Of a DNA stretch of 36,554 nt, positions 10,828 to 21,804 are shown piece by piece. The notes beneath the pieces are model-generated. The model was not told where the DNA came from. It ran no database searches and saw only the letters and a program-made list of their open reading frames with translations. The DNA lies in NCBI RefSeq assembly GCF_001194135.2, contig NC_068986.1:72099591-72136144 (forward strand), read 5' to 3'. Source of the stretch: Octopus bimaculoides. Its lineage: Eukaryota. Each line of letters begins with the position of its first letter. The first letter of the stretch is position 1. Both the position numbers and the translations under genes were made by a program.

Positions 10828-11080
10828 TTGGGTTGGTGCATAATTATTGCGGCTTTTTTTCAGCAAATTTTATCCAACAAAAACAATAACAACATGTAAC
10901 AAAAACATCTTTAAATGATTACTCCGGAGCATGTTCACCATCTACTTCAATTACTGCTTCCCATTTGCTTGGCAGACGGTCAGAACGTCATTTAAAGATG
11001 CTTTTGTTCAATATTGTTATTGTTTTTATTGAATAAAAATTTGTTGAAAAAAAAGCCGCAATAATTATGTACCAACCCAA
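10828..11080. mobile_element. Mariner-derived MITE with TA target duplication
   Basis: TA|TTGGGTTGGTGCATAATTATTGCGGC...GCCGCAATAATTATGTACCAACCCAA|TA. The inverted arms extend about 92 bp. The centre encodes a transposase C-terminus on the - strand (RSDRLPSKWEAVIEVDGEHAPE*). Confidence 0.92.
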
Positions 11081-11237
11081 TAAAAGAGTGACGGACACAC
11101 CAGAGTTGATAGGGTGTGGGATACAAAAAGTTTTGTGAAAATGTAGTGTGATCTGATAGGAAGCTACAAATTCAAGTGATGAGAGACAAGTTGAACCCAT
11201 AGACGGGGAGTTTCGACATGAAATCCGCATCTCCAGG

Positions 11238-11536
11238 TGTGACAGTACTTCTTGATACACCAAACATTTCGGCTGTTTTCATTACGGTAGCGCCTGCCAT
11301 ACGAGCACCAAGCGACCAATCTTTGAAAGTCCGATAGATCTGTCATTTTAATAAATTTTAATTACCTTTTTCTGATGATATCTGAAAAGAAACAGCAATT
11401 TTAGCAAAACATATTAAGCAACACTAATAATAAATCAAAAAACATAAAAAATAATTAAGCTTTTGACTGTTTTATAGATATTTCAAAATTATGATGTTAT
11501 GATGCTAGGTGGTTCCATTATTTTGTCCAACCCCTG
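11238..11536 (-). mobile_element. Tc1-like transposon 5' fragment (TIR and start of transposase)
   Basis: On the - strand, TA|CAGGGGTTGGACAAAATAATGGAACCACC (Tc1-type TIR). From ATG at 11346 it reads MTDLSDFQR-(frameshift)-VGARMAGATVMKTAEMFGVSRSTVT, a paired-like HTH. Confidence 0.82.
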
Positions 11537-11638
11537 TATGTATGTATGCATGTATGTATGTATGTATGTATGTATGTATGTATGTATGTATGTATTATGT
11601 ATGTATGTATGTATGTATGTATTATGTATGTATTTATG
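11537..11638. repeat. (TATG)n microsatellite starting at the Tc1 TA site
   Basis: Directly visible. Confidence 0.95.
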
Positions 11639-12632
11639 GACAAACACACACACAATGGGCATGAATATGCTTACCCAAGGACAGATAGGCATCAAGTTAG
11701 TGCTGGGACAGTTCTAATTTTCAAAATCCAACTTCTAATTAGAGTAGTTACTCCAGAAGCAGGTGAGTATGCTAGAAGAAAGAAAAAAGTTCGTGTGAAT
11801 ACCAAAAAAGAGGGATAAACAATCATAGGTGTACGAATATATTTACTTAAGTTGTTACATAATATTACAAAATATAGTGATACCTTAACAGTTGTTTCTT
11901 TGCATCTTGTAAATACTCGATATTATTAAGCATGTTATGCAATTAGGAGTAACAAAAGCGTATAAGAAGATTAATATCAGTACACATAAACAAGGATACA
12001 TAAGTATCTTGTGCGTCCATAAATAATACATCATCGTCAGAAAGGCAAATACCAAATGCGAAGGAAGGGAAATTTTCCAGGAATAATTAGTGACATCGAG
12101 AAATCAGATTAAGAATGAGTGATATAAAGAGAGAAAATAGGTTATTGTAGAAGACGAGGAGGGGAAGAAAGGGAGAATGCGAAATCATGCGAAGTAAATA
12201 AATCAACTAGTAGGAAAGACATAAAGTAAAGGATGGGGTTAAGGAAGTAGAAACCTAGTTTAAAAGGAAGGAGATAAGGAAAGAAGGGTTATGAGAGTGT
12301 AGGAGAAGGAAAGATAACGATTAATGTGTAAAGAAATATAAAGTATGATTAGTGGAGAAAAAGAAAATGGGAAAAAGATAAAAAAATTAAAGAGATAGTC
12401 GATCATTCTAAGAAGCCTAATCTACTGCAAGGAAGGGTTATAGATCCAAGTAATGAAAGAGGGAGGAGTGGTAGGTATGGAAGTGAAATCATAACAAAGA
12501 AGGGAATGCTAAGAAGAGAAGATCCCTTACTGCGTTTAGAGAAAGCGCGGTTGCTTGTTAACGACCTCGTCAGAGATCAGTGTCTGTTGATTAAGAAGGG
12601 TGCCAATAGATGTAACATATATGACGGAGGAT

Positions 12633-12722
12633 TACTAACAGGAATGTTAGTACTAACAGGAATGTTAGTACTAACAAGAATGTTAATACTAACAGGAATG
12701 TTAGTACTAACAGGAATGTTAG
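12633..12722. repeat. 18-bp minisatellite x5 (TACTAACAGGAATGTTAG)
   Basis: Five tandem units with 2 substitutions in total. Each unit holds the internal inverted repeat CTAAC/GTTAG. Confidence 0.95.
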
Positions 12723-12729
12723 TAGGAAG

Positions 12730-13041
12730 CAGGGGCTGTTTTAAGCCAATTAGACAAATTTATTCAAATTGAACCCTGTGCCAAATGAGGGCCCCGCGCA
12801 TACGCTCGACTTGTAATAAAACAAAACTTTCATATGAACTTTCAGTTTTAGTATATCATTGTGGCGAATGGTGATTTTAGTATATCATTGTGGCGAATGG
12901 TGGAGCCTCAAGCCCTCAACGTTTTTGGCTGGGACTGGTGTACTACACGAAGCATAAAACATCAATCTTCAGCTTTTGCAGAGTAGAGTTCCCCACTGAC
13001 AATTCTCTAATTGGGCCCCGTACTTCCTACCGCCGGCCCTG
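12730..13041. mobile_element. Possible hAT-type non-autonomous element
   Basis: Ends are CAGGGGCTG... and ...CCGGCCCTG, with GGGCCCC subterminal motifs at both sides. The 8-bp flanks GTAGGAAG and TGTGGAAG share 5/8 positions. Confidence 0.35.
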
Positions 13042-13544
13042 TGTGGAAGGAAATATTATATACAATTATATTAATAACAACAACAACAACAATTACAATA
13101 ACTAGCGGTACCTGTGCAAATTCCAAGGTTTTTCCGAAAATTTTATGACGGAAGTGTATATTTTTTTGAAGGCATTTTATTCTTGAGTTGGTATAAAACT
13201 CCACATAGGTAGTATTGAAGGTGCCGTCTCAAAAAAGAATGTCTCTGAGAGTTGCATTCTTGCTTTTTCTGAGTTATTATCTGTTATTTTACACTTTACA
13301 TCAAGAAGTAAACAAACTATAGAACAAAATCGAAGCTATTATCTGTAATTATCTATAATATTCTGCTACTCTACAGTGGTAAAGTTTCAACAAATTTTGA
13401 TACGGTAATCTGAAAAAAAAAAACTATAAAAGCGTTTTATCCTAAACCTTCGCATTCTTGTTAGCTGACTGTCCATAATTTATAAACAATTATAAGTTTC
13501 GATTGAGCAGACGATGATAAATTGCACTAAAGTGCATGCATTAA

Positions 13545-13995
13545 CCCATTAACTGCCAAATATTTTTTTAGTCATATTTTTTGGCTTTACCGGGTGTCTT
13601 AGGAGTATATAGTATTTAAATTTTCTTCATATGTGAATTATTTTGGAAATTATAAATTTTTGAAAAGTCCCAAATAATAAACATTTTAGTTTTTTTTTTT
13701 AAACTATAGTTTCAAATGCAAATGTGCATGAAATATCAATAAATGATATAGATGGGAAATGCAAAAGAAGAAAAAACGTTTTCAAAACAGTCAATATTTT
13801 TGTAGTTGCAATTTATGACAAAATGTTCTCTAGAATTAGCCAGAGTCAATATTGACAAACTTTAACTACTAAATATTGTTAAACACACCTCTGCAAATGC
13901 AATGTACATAAACAATTCGCTTTAAATTCAGTAAACAACCGGCAGTGAGACTGTTTTTAGCAGATCCCCAAATGGGACTCACGGCAGGCAATGGG
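13545..13995. mobile_element. piggyBac-like MITE
   Basis: TTAA|CCCATTAACTGCC...GGCAGGCAATGGG|TTAA. The 13-bp TIRs match at 11/13 positions and there is a TTAA duplication. Confidence 0.75.
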
Positions 13996-14715
13996 TTAAG
14001 TGATGGCGGTAAAAAAAATATTTTAAAAGACATTAAAAAACTGCACGTTTAGCTGACCAGTCACCACCGCCACCATTAACCAATATTCCAACTGACGTCA
14101 CCAGTACCACTATACATATCAGTAACAAGGCTCAGTCCAAGTTATATGTCAATTAAAATTATTTTCATTTGTTTTCATTCAGTTCAGCTATCTATCCATT
14201 TATCTATTTGTATATTTATCATTATATTTGCCTATATAGCTATTAATGTCTCTATTTATCTATATCTATATCTATTGATATATTTGTAGACCTACCTGCC
14301 TACATTCCAACCTTTCTACTTAACCTTTATGTTTATCAATCCGTCATTTCTACTTTTCTCCTTAAATTTATCGAACCATTTTCTAATCAGCGCGCTTCTT
14401 TCAGTAAACAGTCACTCATAATCTTTCTTTTTTTCACTCTCTCTTCCTCTTTCTTTCCCTCTCCCTCTCCTTCCTCTCTCTCACTGCTAAATCGCTTCTG
14501 TCTCTCTTTTCGTCTTTCCCTTCAACTAGCCAAGTAACAACATCACACATTTGGCCTCAGCGTGTTAAAACATTTATAAAACCAATAACAATAATAACAA
14601 TAATGATAATGTATAAAAATTAGTAAAAATTACAACCTTAATAGAGCCAAAACTAAAAGTAGAATAGTAATAATAATAACAACAACAACGATGATGATGA
14701 TGAAGATGATGATTT

Positions 14716-15315
14716 ATAGCGAAAATACTGCATTGAAAACTGTGAAAAGTGGGCTAGAGAGAAGCAAAATGTGGTACGAACATAAACCACAGAGAATGGT
14801 GGAATGTTGTTGTTGTTGTGTCACGGGAAAGTCATTATGCAAATAACAGTAACATACGTACTCGTTCAATACCACTTCTTTATCGTTTGTCGATTGGTGA
14901 AACTTCTCAATCCAAATAGATCAGGTACTTGAGGACACAAGTCGGACCTAGTGGTGGTGGACAAGGTGAGCCACATGTGCTCTGTAATTGATGTTGCGTG
15001 TTCCTTTGACCCACGAATAGCCGTATACAACCCTTTTACATACGAAATAGCTCGACTGTGAAAAACAAAATGGGTTAAAATGCTGCCAATTATTGTTGGG
15101 TCCTTGGGGAGAGTATCAGGAGGTATTAAGAGGAATATGAAAGAAAGGGGACTAGAGTTCCCAGTAGAGGTGTTGCAAAAAGTTTGCCTCCTTAGCACGG
15201 CCAGAATCATCAGGAAAGTATTAGATAGTTGAAGAGAACAGATAACATGATAGGCGGCATGTAGTAAACCCGCTCTTCGTGCAAGACTTCGGGAGTTCCA
15301 AAAGAACCAGAGTTA

Positions 15316-15316
<1 letters not shown>
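14716..15316 (+). mobile_element. 5'-truncated R4/Dong-type retrotransposon with natural 3' end and (AAT)n tail
   Basis: IAKILH..GLERSKMWYEHKPQRMVE [~90-bp insert] W.FSIQIDQVLE..KSDLVVVDKVSHMCSVIDVACSFDPRI...LQKVCLLSTARIIRKVLDS* (stop 15230-15232), then an ~85-nt 3' UTR and (AAT)n. Confidence 0.9.
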
Positions 15317-15385
<69 letters not shown>

Positions 15386-15518
15386 TTTAAAAGCTTCAAG
15401 CTTATAAGCGATCGCCGTGCACTAAGATAAATAGTCTAATACTGGGGTATATATTCCATCGACAGAGAAACGTAGGGCTTGCCGTACGCAAAGGTTACTT
15501 TTTTTCATCGAGGGCTTA

Positions 15519-15614
<96 letters not shown>

Positions 15615-15656
15615 CATCATTATTATTATTATTATTATCATTATTATCATTATCAT
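15316..15656. repeat. (AAT)n at 15316-15384 and (TTA)n at 15520-15656
   Basis: Directly visible. Confidence 0.97.
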
Positions 15657-15942
15657 GTACGGAAGTGTAAAACTCGGCACCATTTACCAAATAATCGCAG
15701 ATACATACATACATACACACATATATATACATACATATACATATATATACATATACACATACATATATAATATATATATATATGTATATATATATNNNNN
15801 NNNNNNNNNNNNNNNNNNNNNNNNNNNNNNNNNNNNNNNNNNNNNNNNNNNNNNNNNNNNNNNNNNNNNNNNNNNNNNNNNNNNNNNNNNNNNNNNNNNN
15901 NNNNNNNNNNNNNNNNNNNNNNNNNNNNNNNNNNNNNNNNNN

Positions 15943-16011
15943 TAAAGACGGACGAAATGCCGCTAAGTATTTTGCCTGGCTCTACTAACGATTCTGCCAG
16001 CTCGCCGCCTT
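15943..16011 (-). mobile_element. Family B SINE head (remainder in N-gap)
   Basis: TAAAGACGGACGAAATGCCGCTAAG...ACTAACGATTCTGCCAGCTCGCCGCCTT is nearly identical to 16171-16231. Confidence 0.85.
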
Positions 16012-16025
16012 GATAATAATGATAA

Positions 16026-16231
16026 TCCATTCTACTGTGGGTACAAGTCCTCAAATTGGGGTGGGGGACTAGTCGATTACATCGACCTCAGTGTTTCACT
16101 GGTACTTAATTTATTGACTCCGAAAGGATGAAAGGCAAAGTCGACCTCGGAGGGATTTGAACCCAGAACGTAAAGACGGACGAAATGCCGCTAAACCCGG
16201 CGTACTAACGATTCTGCCAGCTCGCTGCCTT
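16026..16231 (-). mobile_element. Full-length family B tRNA-derived SINE
   Basis: The sense strand has A-box-like TGGCAGAATCGTT and B-box GGTTCAAATCCC, then the core GACTTTGCCTTTCATCCTTTCGGAGTCAATAAATTAAGTACCAG. Confidence 0.9.
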
Positions 16232-16601
16232 AGTGAAAATAATAATAACGATAGAAATTCTGCACTACCCCTAAGATAAGAAGAAATGAAAATGTAGAGT
16301 TTCCACTAAATGCTCAAATGGTTGTTGTTGCGCTATAACGTTGCCAAAAAGTATCCACTTGCTACCCACTACAATTCTACCAAAGTATACATCAGGTCTT
16401 CAGTCAGTTTCAGGTACCAGTATCTGGCACATATCAGCTCTTTTTCTAACATTAAGCACAAAACTTCAATTTCGCTGGCAACTTATATTCACCACGTTAA
16501 AGCTTAAAACATTTTATATGATACTTCCTGGAAAGCATTACCAAGGAAGTCGGATAACATGCAACTGTAGAAAATCGCTTGAAATATCAACTGAAAATAA
16601 C

Positions 16602-16916
16602 GGTACTTTGTCGGTTACGACGACTTGGGTTCCAGTTGATCCGATCAACGAAACAGCCTGTTCGTGAAATTAACGTGCAAGTGGCTGAGCACTCCACTCG
16701 TACCCCTAACGTAGATTTCAGGGAGATTCAGCGTGACGCAGAAGTGACAATGCCGCCTTTTGAGCTACAAATACAACTCATTTTTGCCAGCTGAATAGAC
16801 TGGGGCAACGTGTAATAAACTGTCTTGCTCAAGGACACAAGGCGCCGCCGGGATTCGAACTCTCGACCTTACGATCGTGAGACGATTACCCTAACCACTA
16901 AGCCACGCACCTTCAC
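16602..16916 (-). mobile_element. tRNA-derived SINE, family C
   Basis: The sense strand has A-box TGGCTTAGTGG and B-box GTTCGAATCC, followed by a TGTGTCCTTGAGCAAGACA core-like segment and about 200 nt of body. Confidence 0.88.
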
Positions 16917-17234
16917 AAATGAAAATAATAATCTTCTATTAAAATAATTAAGTGACATAACAATTTCGTGCCGCCACAACATTTTGTACAACCTTTCCTT
17001 TTTACCACAGATCGATCTGCTCAAATCAATTCATATCAGTATAATTTTTATTTTTATTTTAGGCTCTCCTCTCCGCTCCAAACTCATTCCTTGTACCTTC
17101 TTTTCACATTTAATTGCATAAACTGGTATGAATTAAGAATTACCTACAACTAAATGAAATTTTAAATTTATTAATAACCCCACCACACAAACATTCACAC
17201 ACTATTTCGTAGCTTCTGCAATTTCGCTCTAGAT

Positions 17235-17365
17235 CAGTGCTCCGCAACTGGTATGCCGCAACACACTGGTGTGCCACGAGACGATGGTAGGTGTACTGCA
17301 GTGTAGCCTGAATATAATTTTTTTCCCTATATTTTTAGTTGTATCTTTAGTTCAGGTGTGCCACC
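17235..17365. mobile_element. hAT/Charlie-like element end (other end presumably in the N-gap)
   Basis: Starts CAGTGCTCCGCAACTGGTATGCCGCAACACACTGGTGTGCC with repeated GTGTGCC, and is preceded by CTCTAGAT, which fits the NTCTAGAN Charlie target preference. Confidence 0.6.
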
Positions 17366-18134
17366 NNNNNNNNNNNNNNNNNNNNNNNNNNNNNNNNNNN
17401 NNNNNNNNNNNNNNNNNNNNNNNNNNNNNNNNNNNNNNNNNNNNNNNNNNNNNNNNNNNNNNNNNNNNNNNNNNNNNNNNNNNNNNNNNNNNNNNNNNNN
17501 NNNNNNNNNNNNNNNNNNNNNNNNNNNNNNNNNNNNNNNNNNNNNNNNNNNNNNNNNNNNNNNNNNNNNNNNNNNNNNNNNNNNNNNNNNNNNNNNNNNN
17601 NNNNNNNNNNNNNNNNNNNNNNNNNNNNNNNNNNNNNNNNNNNNNNNNNNNNNNNNNNNNNNNNNNNNNNNNNNNNNNNNNNNNNNNNNNNNNNNNNNNN
17701 NNNNNNNNNNNNNNNNNNNNNNNNNNNNNNNNNNNNNNNNNNNNNNNNNNNNNNNNNNNNNNNNNNNNNNNNNNNNNNNNNNNNNNNNNNNNNNNNNNNN
17801 NNNNNNNNNNNNNNNNNNNNNNNNNNNNNNNNNNNNNNNNNNNNNNNNNNNNNNNNNNNNNNNNNNNNNNNNNNNNNNNNNNNNNNNNNNNNNNNNNNNN
17901 NNNNNNNNNNNNNNNNNNNNNNNNNNNNNNNNNNNNNNNNNNNNNGGAAATTAATAGTTATCGCCAAGCCAACATGGCAGTCCCAAAATTAGGACGAAAG
18001 CTGCCGTGAATTAGCTCCAAGAAGCCATACATATCATATATATAAGCATATACGTGTAAATATCTTGCATCTGATAAGAGTATGTTGACAAACAACATAT
18101 ATATACGTTGACACCAACATATATATGTGAAAAA

Positions 18135-18854
18135 CATCTCTAAATTTCAAGTTGCAAGGGATATAGCTACGTACATATCTGACAAACAAACCCTTTCACT
18201 TAAATCATGCTAAGAATTTTAATTTAATTCAATAACATTTCTATTTTAATATCTCTTTTTTGCTAACGGTCGAAGCAAGTTACAAATTTTTAATTTAATT
18301 TAACATTTCTGGTTTAAAAAAAAAATCAATTCTTATATGTTTTCTCTTCTTCTACTCATTTCCTTCCCACCTCTCACTCCTTCCTTCTCTCTCCCTCTCT
18401 CTCTCTCTGTCTCTGTCTCTCTCTCTCCTTCCCCCTCGTATCCCTCTCTGACTGATGCATTTATAAACAACTACATAATAAATCCTCTTGGTAAACCTCT
18501 AAGTTTGAAGCTGCTTGAAATCGCACACGCATAACTGATCAGCAAACCGTTGCGAATGGTAGAAAGTAACAAGCTTAAAAAACATCTATATTAATATTCC
18601 TATTTTAAAACACCTATCTCTCTAATATCCTACACTTCGTTCCGTCCGTGAATCAATCTCATCATTGATACGCACGTTCACACTATATTATTGATATAAA
18701 AATTCGAGTGGCAAATATCTCTGAGTTTAATATTGCATCAGATAGCCAGGCGCATATGACAACAAACACTTTTACGAATGGTTAAAACGTAACTGAATAA
18801 TGTTTCTATTTTAAAACCTTCATCGATATCATTACATTATCTCTCTTCTATCCC

Positions 18855-18896
<42 letters not shown>

Positions 18897-19097
18897 ACTC
18901 TCTTTTCTCTTTCTCTCTACGAGCGTGTTCATACAGCCATATATAAATTAGACTGGCAAAGAAGTTTAAATTTGCATGAAAGAGCCACGCGCATATCTGA
19001 TCAGCAAACCTTTTTACGAACAGTAGAAGCGAGCTAAAAAAAAATTAATTTAATATAATAATGTCTATTTTAAAACTTCTCTCTATCTCTCTATCTC

Positions 19098-19142
<45 letters not shown>

Positions 19143-19385
19143 NNNNNNNNNNCTCTCCCTCTCTCTCCCTCTCTCTCTCTCTCTCTCTATCTATCTCTCT
19201 CTCTATCTATCTCTCTCTCTCTCTCTTAAATTGCCGTCTTGGTTCCCTTTGCCTATGACTCAATCTCATCAATGATATGAACATGTTCACACAGCCATAT
19301 ATGAATTCGACTCTGAATTTAAAGTGGCATGAAATTACCATGCGTATATCATCTGGTCAACAAACCGGTTTATGAATGAGGCTGT
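18135..19385 (+). repeat. Array of 5-6 diverged copies of an unclassified ~170-200-bp unit separated by CT-rich tracts
   Basis: Recurrent ordered motifs CTCT.A.TTT.AAG.TGC, AGCCACGCGCATAT, CTGATCAGCAAACC, TTTACGAATGG and CTATTTTAAAAC at ~18135, 18448, 18650, 18915 and 19255. Confidence 0.75.
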
Positions 19386-19468
19386 CTATGCATGTACATG
19401 CACGTGCGCACACGCACGCACACATACACACACACACACACACACACTCTTTCTCTCTCATATACACA

Positions 19469-19503
<35 letters not shown>

Positions 19504-21118
19504 TCTCTCTCTCACGCACACACATACACACACAAATACGCTCATATATTAAGAGAGAGAGTTTGACAAGTGCTTTGAGATGGAAATTTAGGCTATTGAG
19601 TCACATATGTAGCTTAATAGCTAATAAGTAAGAAATTGCTGCTCTGTGTTAACAAATAATACATCCACACTTTAAAGAATTCCAGGCAGAGATAAATGAC
19701 TGATTATGATAACAATTCTCATAATCGCAATACAAGGCTATAATTAACACACAAACAACTTACGTTGCAAGCAAAATAAGCACATCACTGATGACGTGTA
19801 ACTCTAATGCTCAAAATATGAATCAATTGATGTGGAACTATAACGCCCAAAATAAAAAAACCTAGTAACACTCTGGTTGTAAAATACACATAAACACAAT
19901 TCTGACTGTAAAGTCCGCATAAGAAAGAGCTGCCAACTAATAAAAGCTAACATCACTCCATATCCTGGTGATGTGGCTGAGATTGCCAGTAAGTGTTGAT
20001 AAAGATGAATTTCTAAATTGTTCTAAACAAACTACAAGATTCTGACACAAGAAAAAATACTATTAATGACAAAGTGGAACACAGCTGTGTTTTCGATATA
20101 TAATGTCTAAAATAAGTATTTCCTAGACATACAAATGCATGTGTGTTATGTGTCTGTCTGTGTGTGATATGTGTGTGTGCTTCTGTACGCAAATATTATA
20201 TGTGTGTATACCATATATATATATATATATANNNNNNNNNNNNNNNNNNNNNNNNNNNNNNNNNNNNNNNNNNNNNNNNNNNNNNNNNNNNNNNNNNNNN
20301 NNNNNNNNNNNNNNNNNNNNNNNNNNNNNNNNNNNNNNNNNNNNNNNNNNNNNNNNNNNNNNNNNNNNNNNNNNNNNNNNNNNNNNNNNNNNNNNNNNNN
20401 NNNNNNNNNNNNNNNNNNNNNNNNNNNNNNNNNNNNNNNNNNNNNNNNNNNNNNNNNNNNNNNNNNNNNNNNNNNNNNNNNNNNNNNNNNNNNNNNNNNN
20501 NNNNNNNNNNNNNNNNNNNNNNNNNNNNNNNNNNNNNNNNNNNNNNNNNNNNNNNNNNNNNNNNNNNNNNNNNNNNNNNNNNNNNNNNNNNNNNNNNNNN
20601 NNNNNNNNNNNNNNNNNNNNNNNNNNNNNNNNNNNNNNNNNNNNNNNNNNNNNNNNNNNNNNNNNNNNNNNNNNNNNNNNNNNNNNNNNNNNNNNNNNNN
20701 NNNNNNNNNNNNNNNNNNNNNNNNNNNNNNNNNNNNNNNNNNNNNNNNNNNNNNNNNNNNNNNNNNNNNNNNNNNNNNNNNNNNNNNNNNNNNNNNNNNN
20801 NNNNNNNNNNNNNNNNNNNNNNNNNNNNNNNNNNNNNNNNNNNNNNNNNNNNNNNNNNNNNNNNNNNNNNNNNNNNNNNNNNNNNNNNNNNNNNNNNNNN
20901 NNNNNNNNNNNNNNNNNNNNNNNNNNNNNNNNNNNNNNNNNNNNNNNNNNNNNNNNNNNNNNNNNNNNNNNNNNNNNNNNNNNNNNNNNNNNNNNNNNNN
21001 NNNNNNNNNNNNNNNNNNNNNNNNNNNNNNNNNNNNNNNNNNNNNNNNNNNNNNNNNNNNNNNNNNNNNNNNNNNNNNNNNNNNNNNNNNNNNNNNNNNN
21101 NNNNNNNNNNNNNNNNNN

Positions 21119-21413
21119 GACATCACCAACGAGTGAAAAATATGTAAACACACGAGCGATAAGTACGGGACAAAATACCAAAAGAAGTAGAACCCCTCCT
21201 CAGTTGTCGGCTGCTAACTACTCCCTATTTCGAGCTTTCAACGACAAGATAGGGAAGCTTCACAAAGCTGCAGCATCCAGATATTTTTAAAATATAAAAT
21301 GTGTGGAGAGTTAGAGCTTCGAAAGAACAAACAACGACAGAGGGGTGGAAGGTAGACAGGGGACAGCAAAGAAAGAGGGGGAGAAATGGAAAATGAAGAA
21401 GATTGTAGAGTGA

Positions 21414-21457
<44 letters not shown>

Positions 21458-21469
21458 AGGAAGGAAGGA

Positions 21470-21544
<75 letters not shown>

Positions 21545-21626
21545 GGAACAGAAAGTAGAGTCGCAGAAATTAAAAATAAGAGTAAAAACTTACTGTGGAC
21601 AAGGTTGCATGGCGTTCGATTATAGA

Positions 21627-21657
<31 letters not shown>

Positions 21658-21804
21658 ATATGAAATACATCAAGTACAGGACATCACCAACGAGTCACAA
21701 ATACGTAACGAGTGAAAAATACATAAACACATAATGGGAGACAAGTACGGGACAAATTACCAAAAGAAGTATAACCCCTCTTCTGTTGTTGACTGTCAAT
21801 TACT
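21119..21804. repeat. Pair of ~105-125-bp direct repeats (21119-21222 and 21680-21804) around (AAAG)n at 21412-21544 and (AAAT)n
   Basis: Both read GACATCACCAACGAG...AAGTACGGGACAAA.TACCAAAAGAAGTA.AACCCCTC.TC.GTTGT.G.CTG..AA.TACT. Confidence 0.8.

Noticed and set aside
12633-12722. CRISPR-like appearance of the palindromic 18-mers
   Set aside because: The units are contiguous with no unique spacers, no cas genes are present and the context is eukaryotic.
15316-15656. (AAT)n and (TTA)n facing each other as a large inverted repeat
   Set aside because: The first is the LINE tail. TAA-type runs are abundant here, so the pairing is probably chance.
15479-15732. Poly-Leu and poly-Asn ORFs, and all VCVC/HTHT/MYVC/KERK ORFs elsewhere in the track
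   Set aside because: They are translations of microsatellites, with no flanking coding signal.
186-16916. tRNA genes suggested by A/B boxes at the SINE heads
   Set aside because: The boxes continue into SINE bodies repeated in the window, and I could not fold full cloverleafs.
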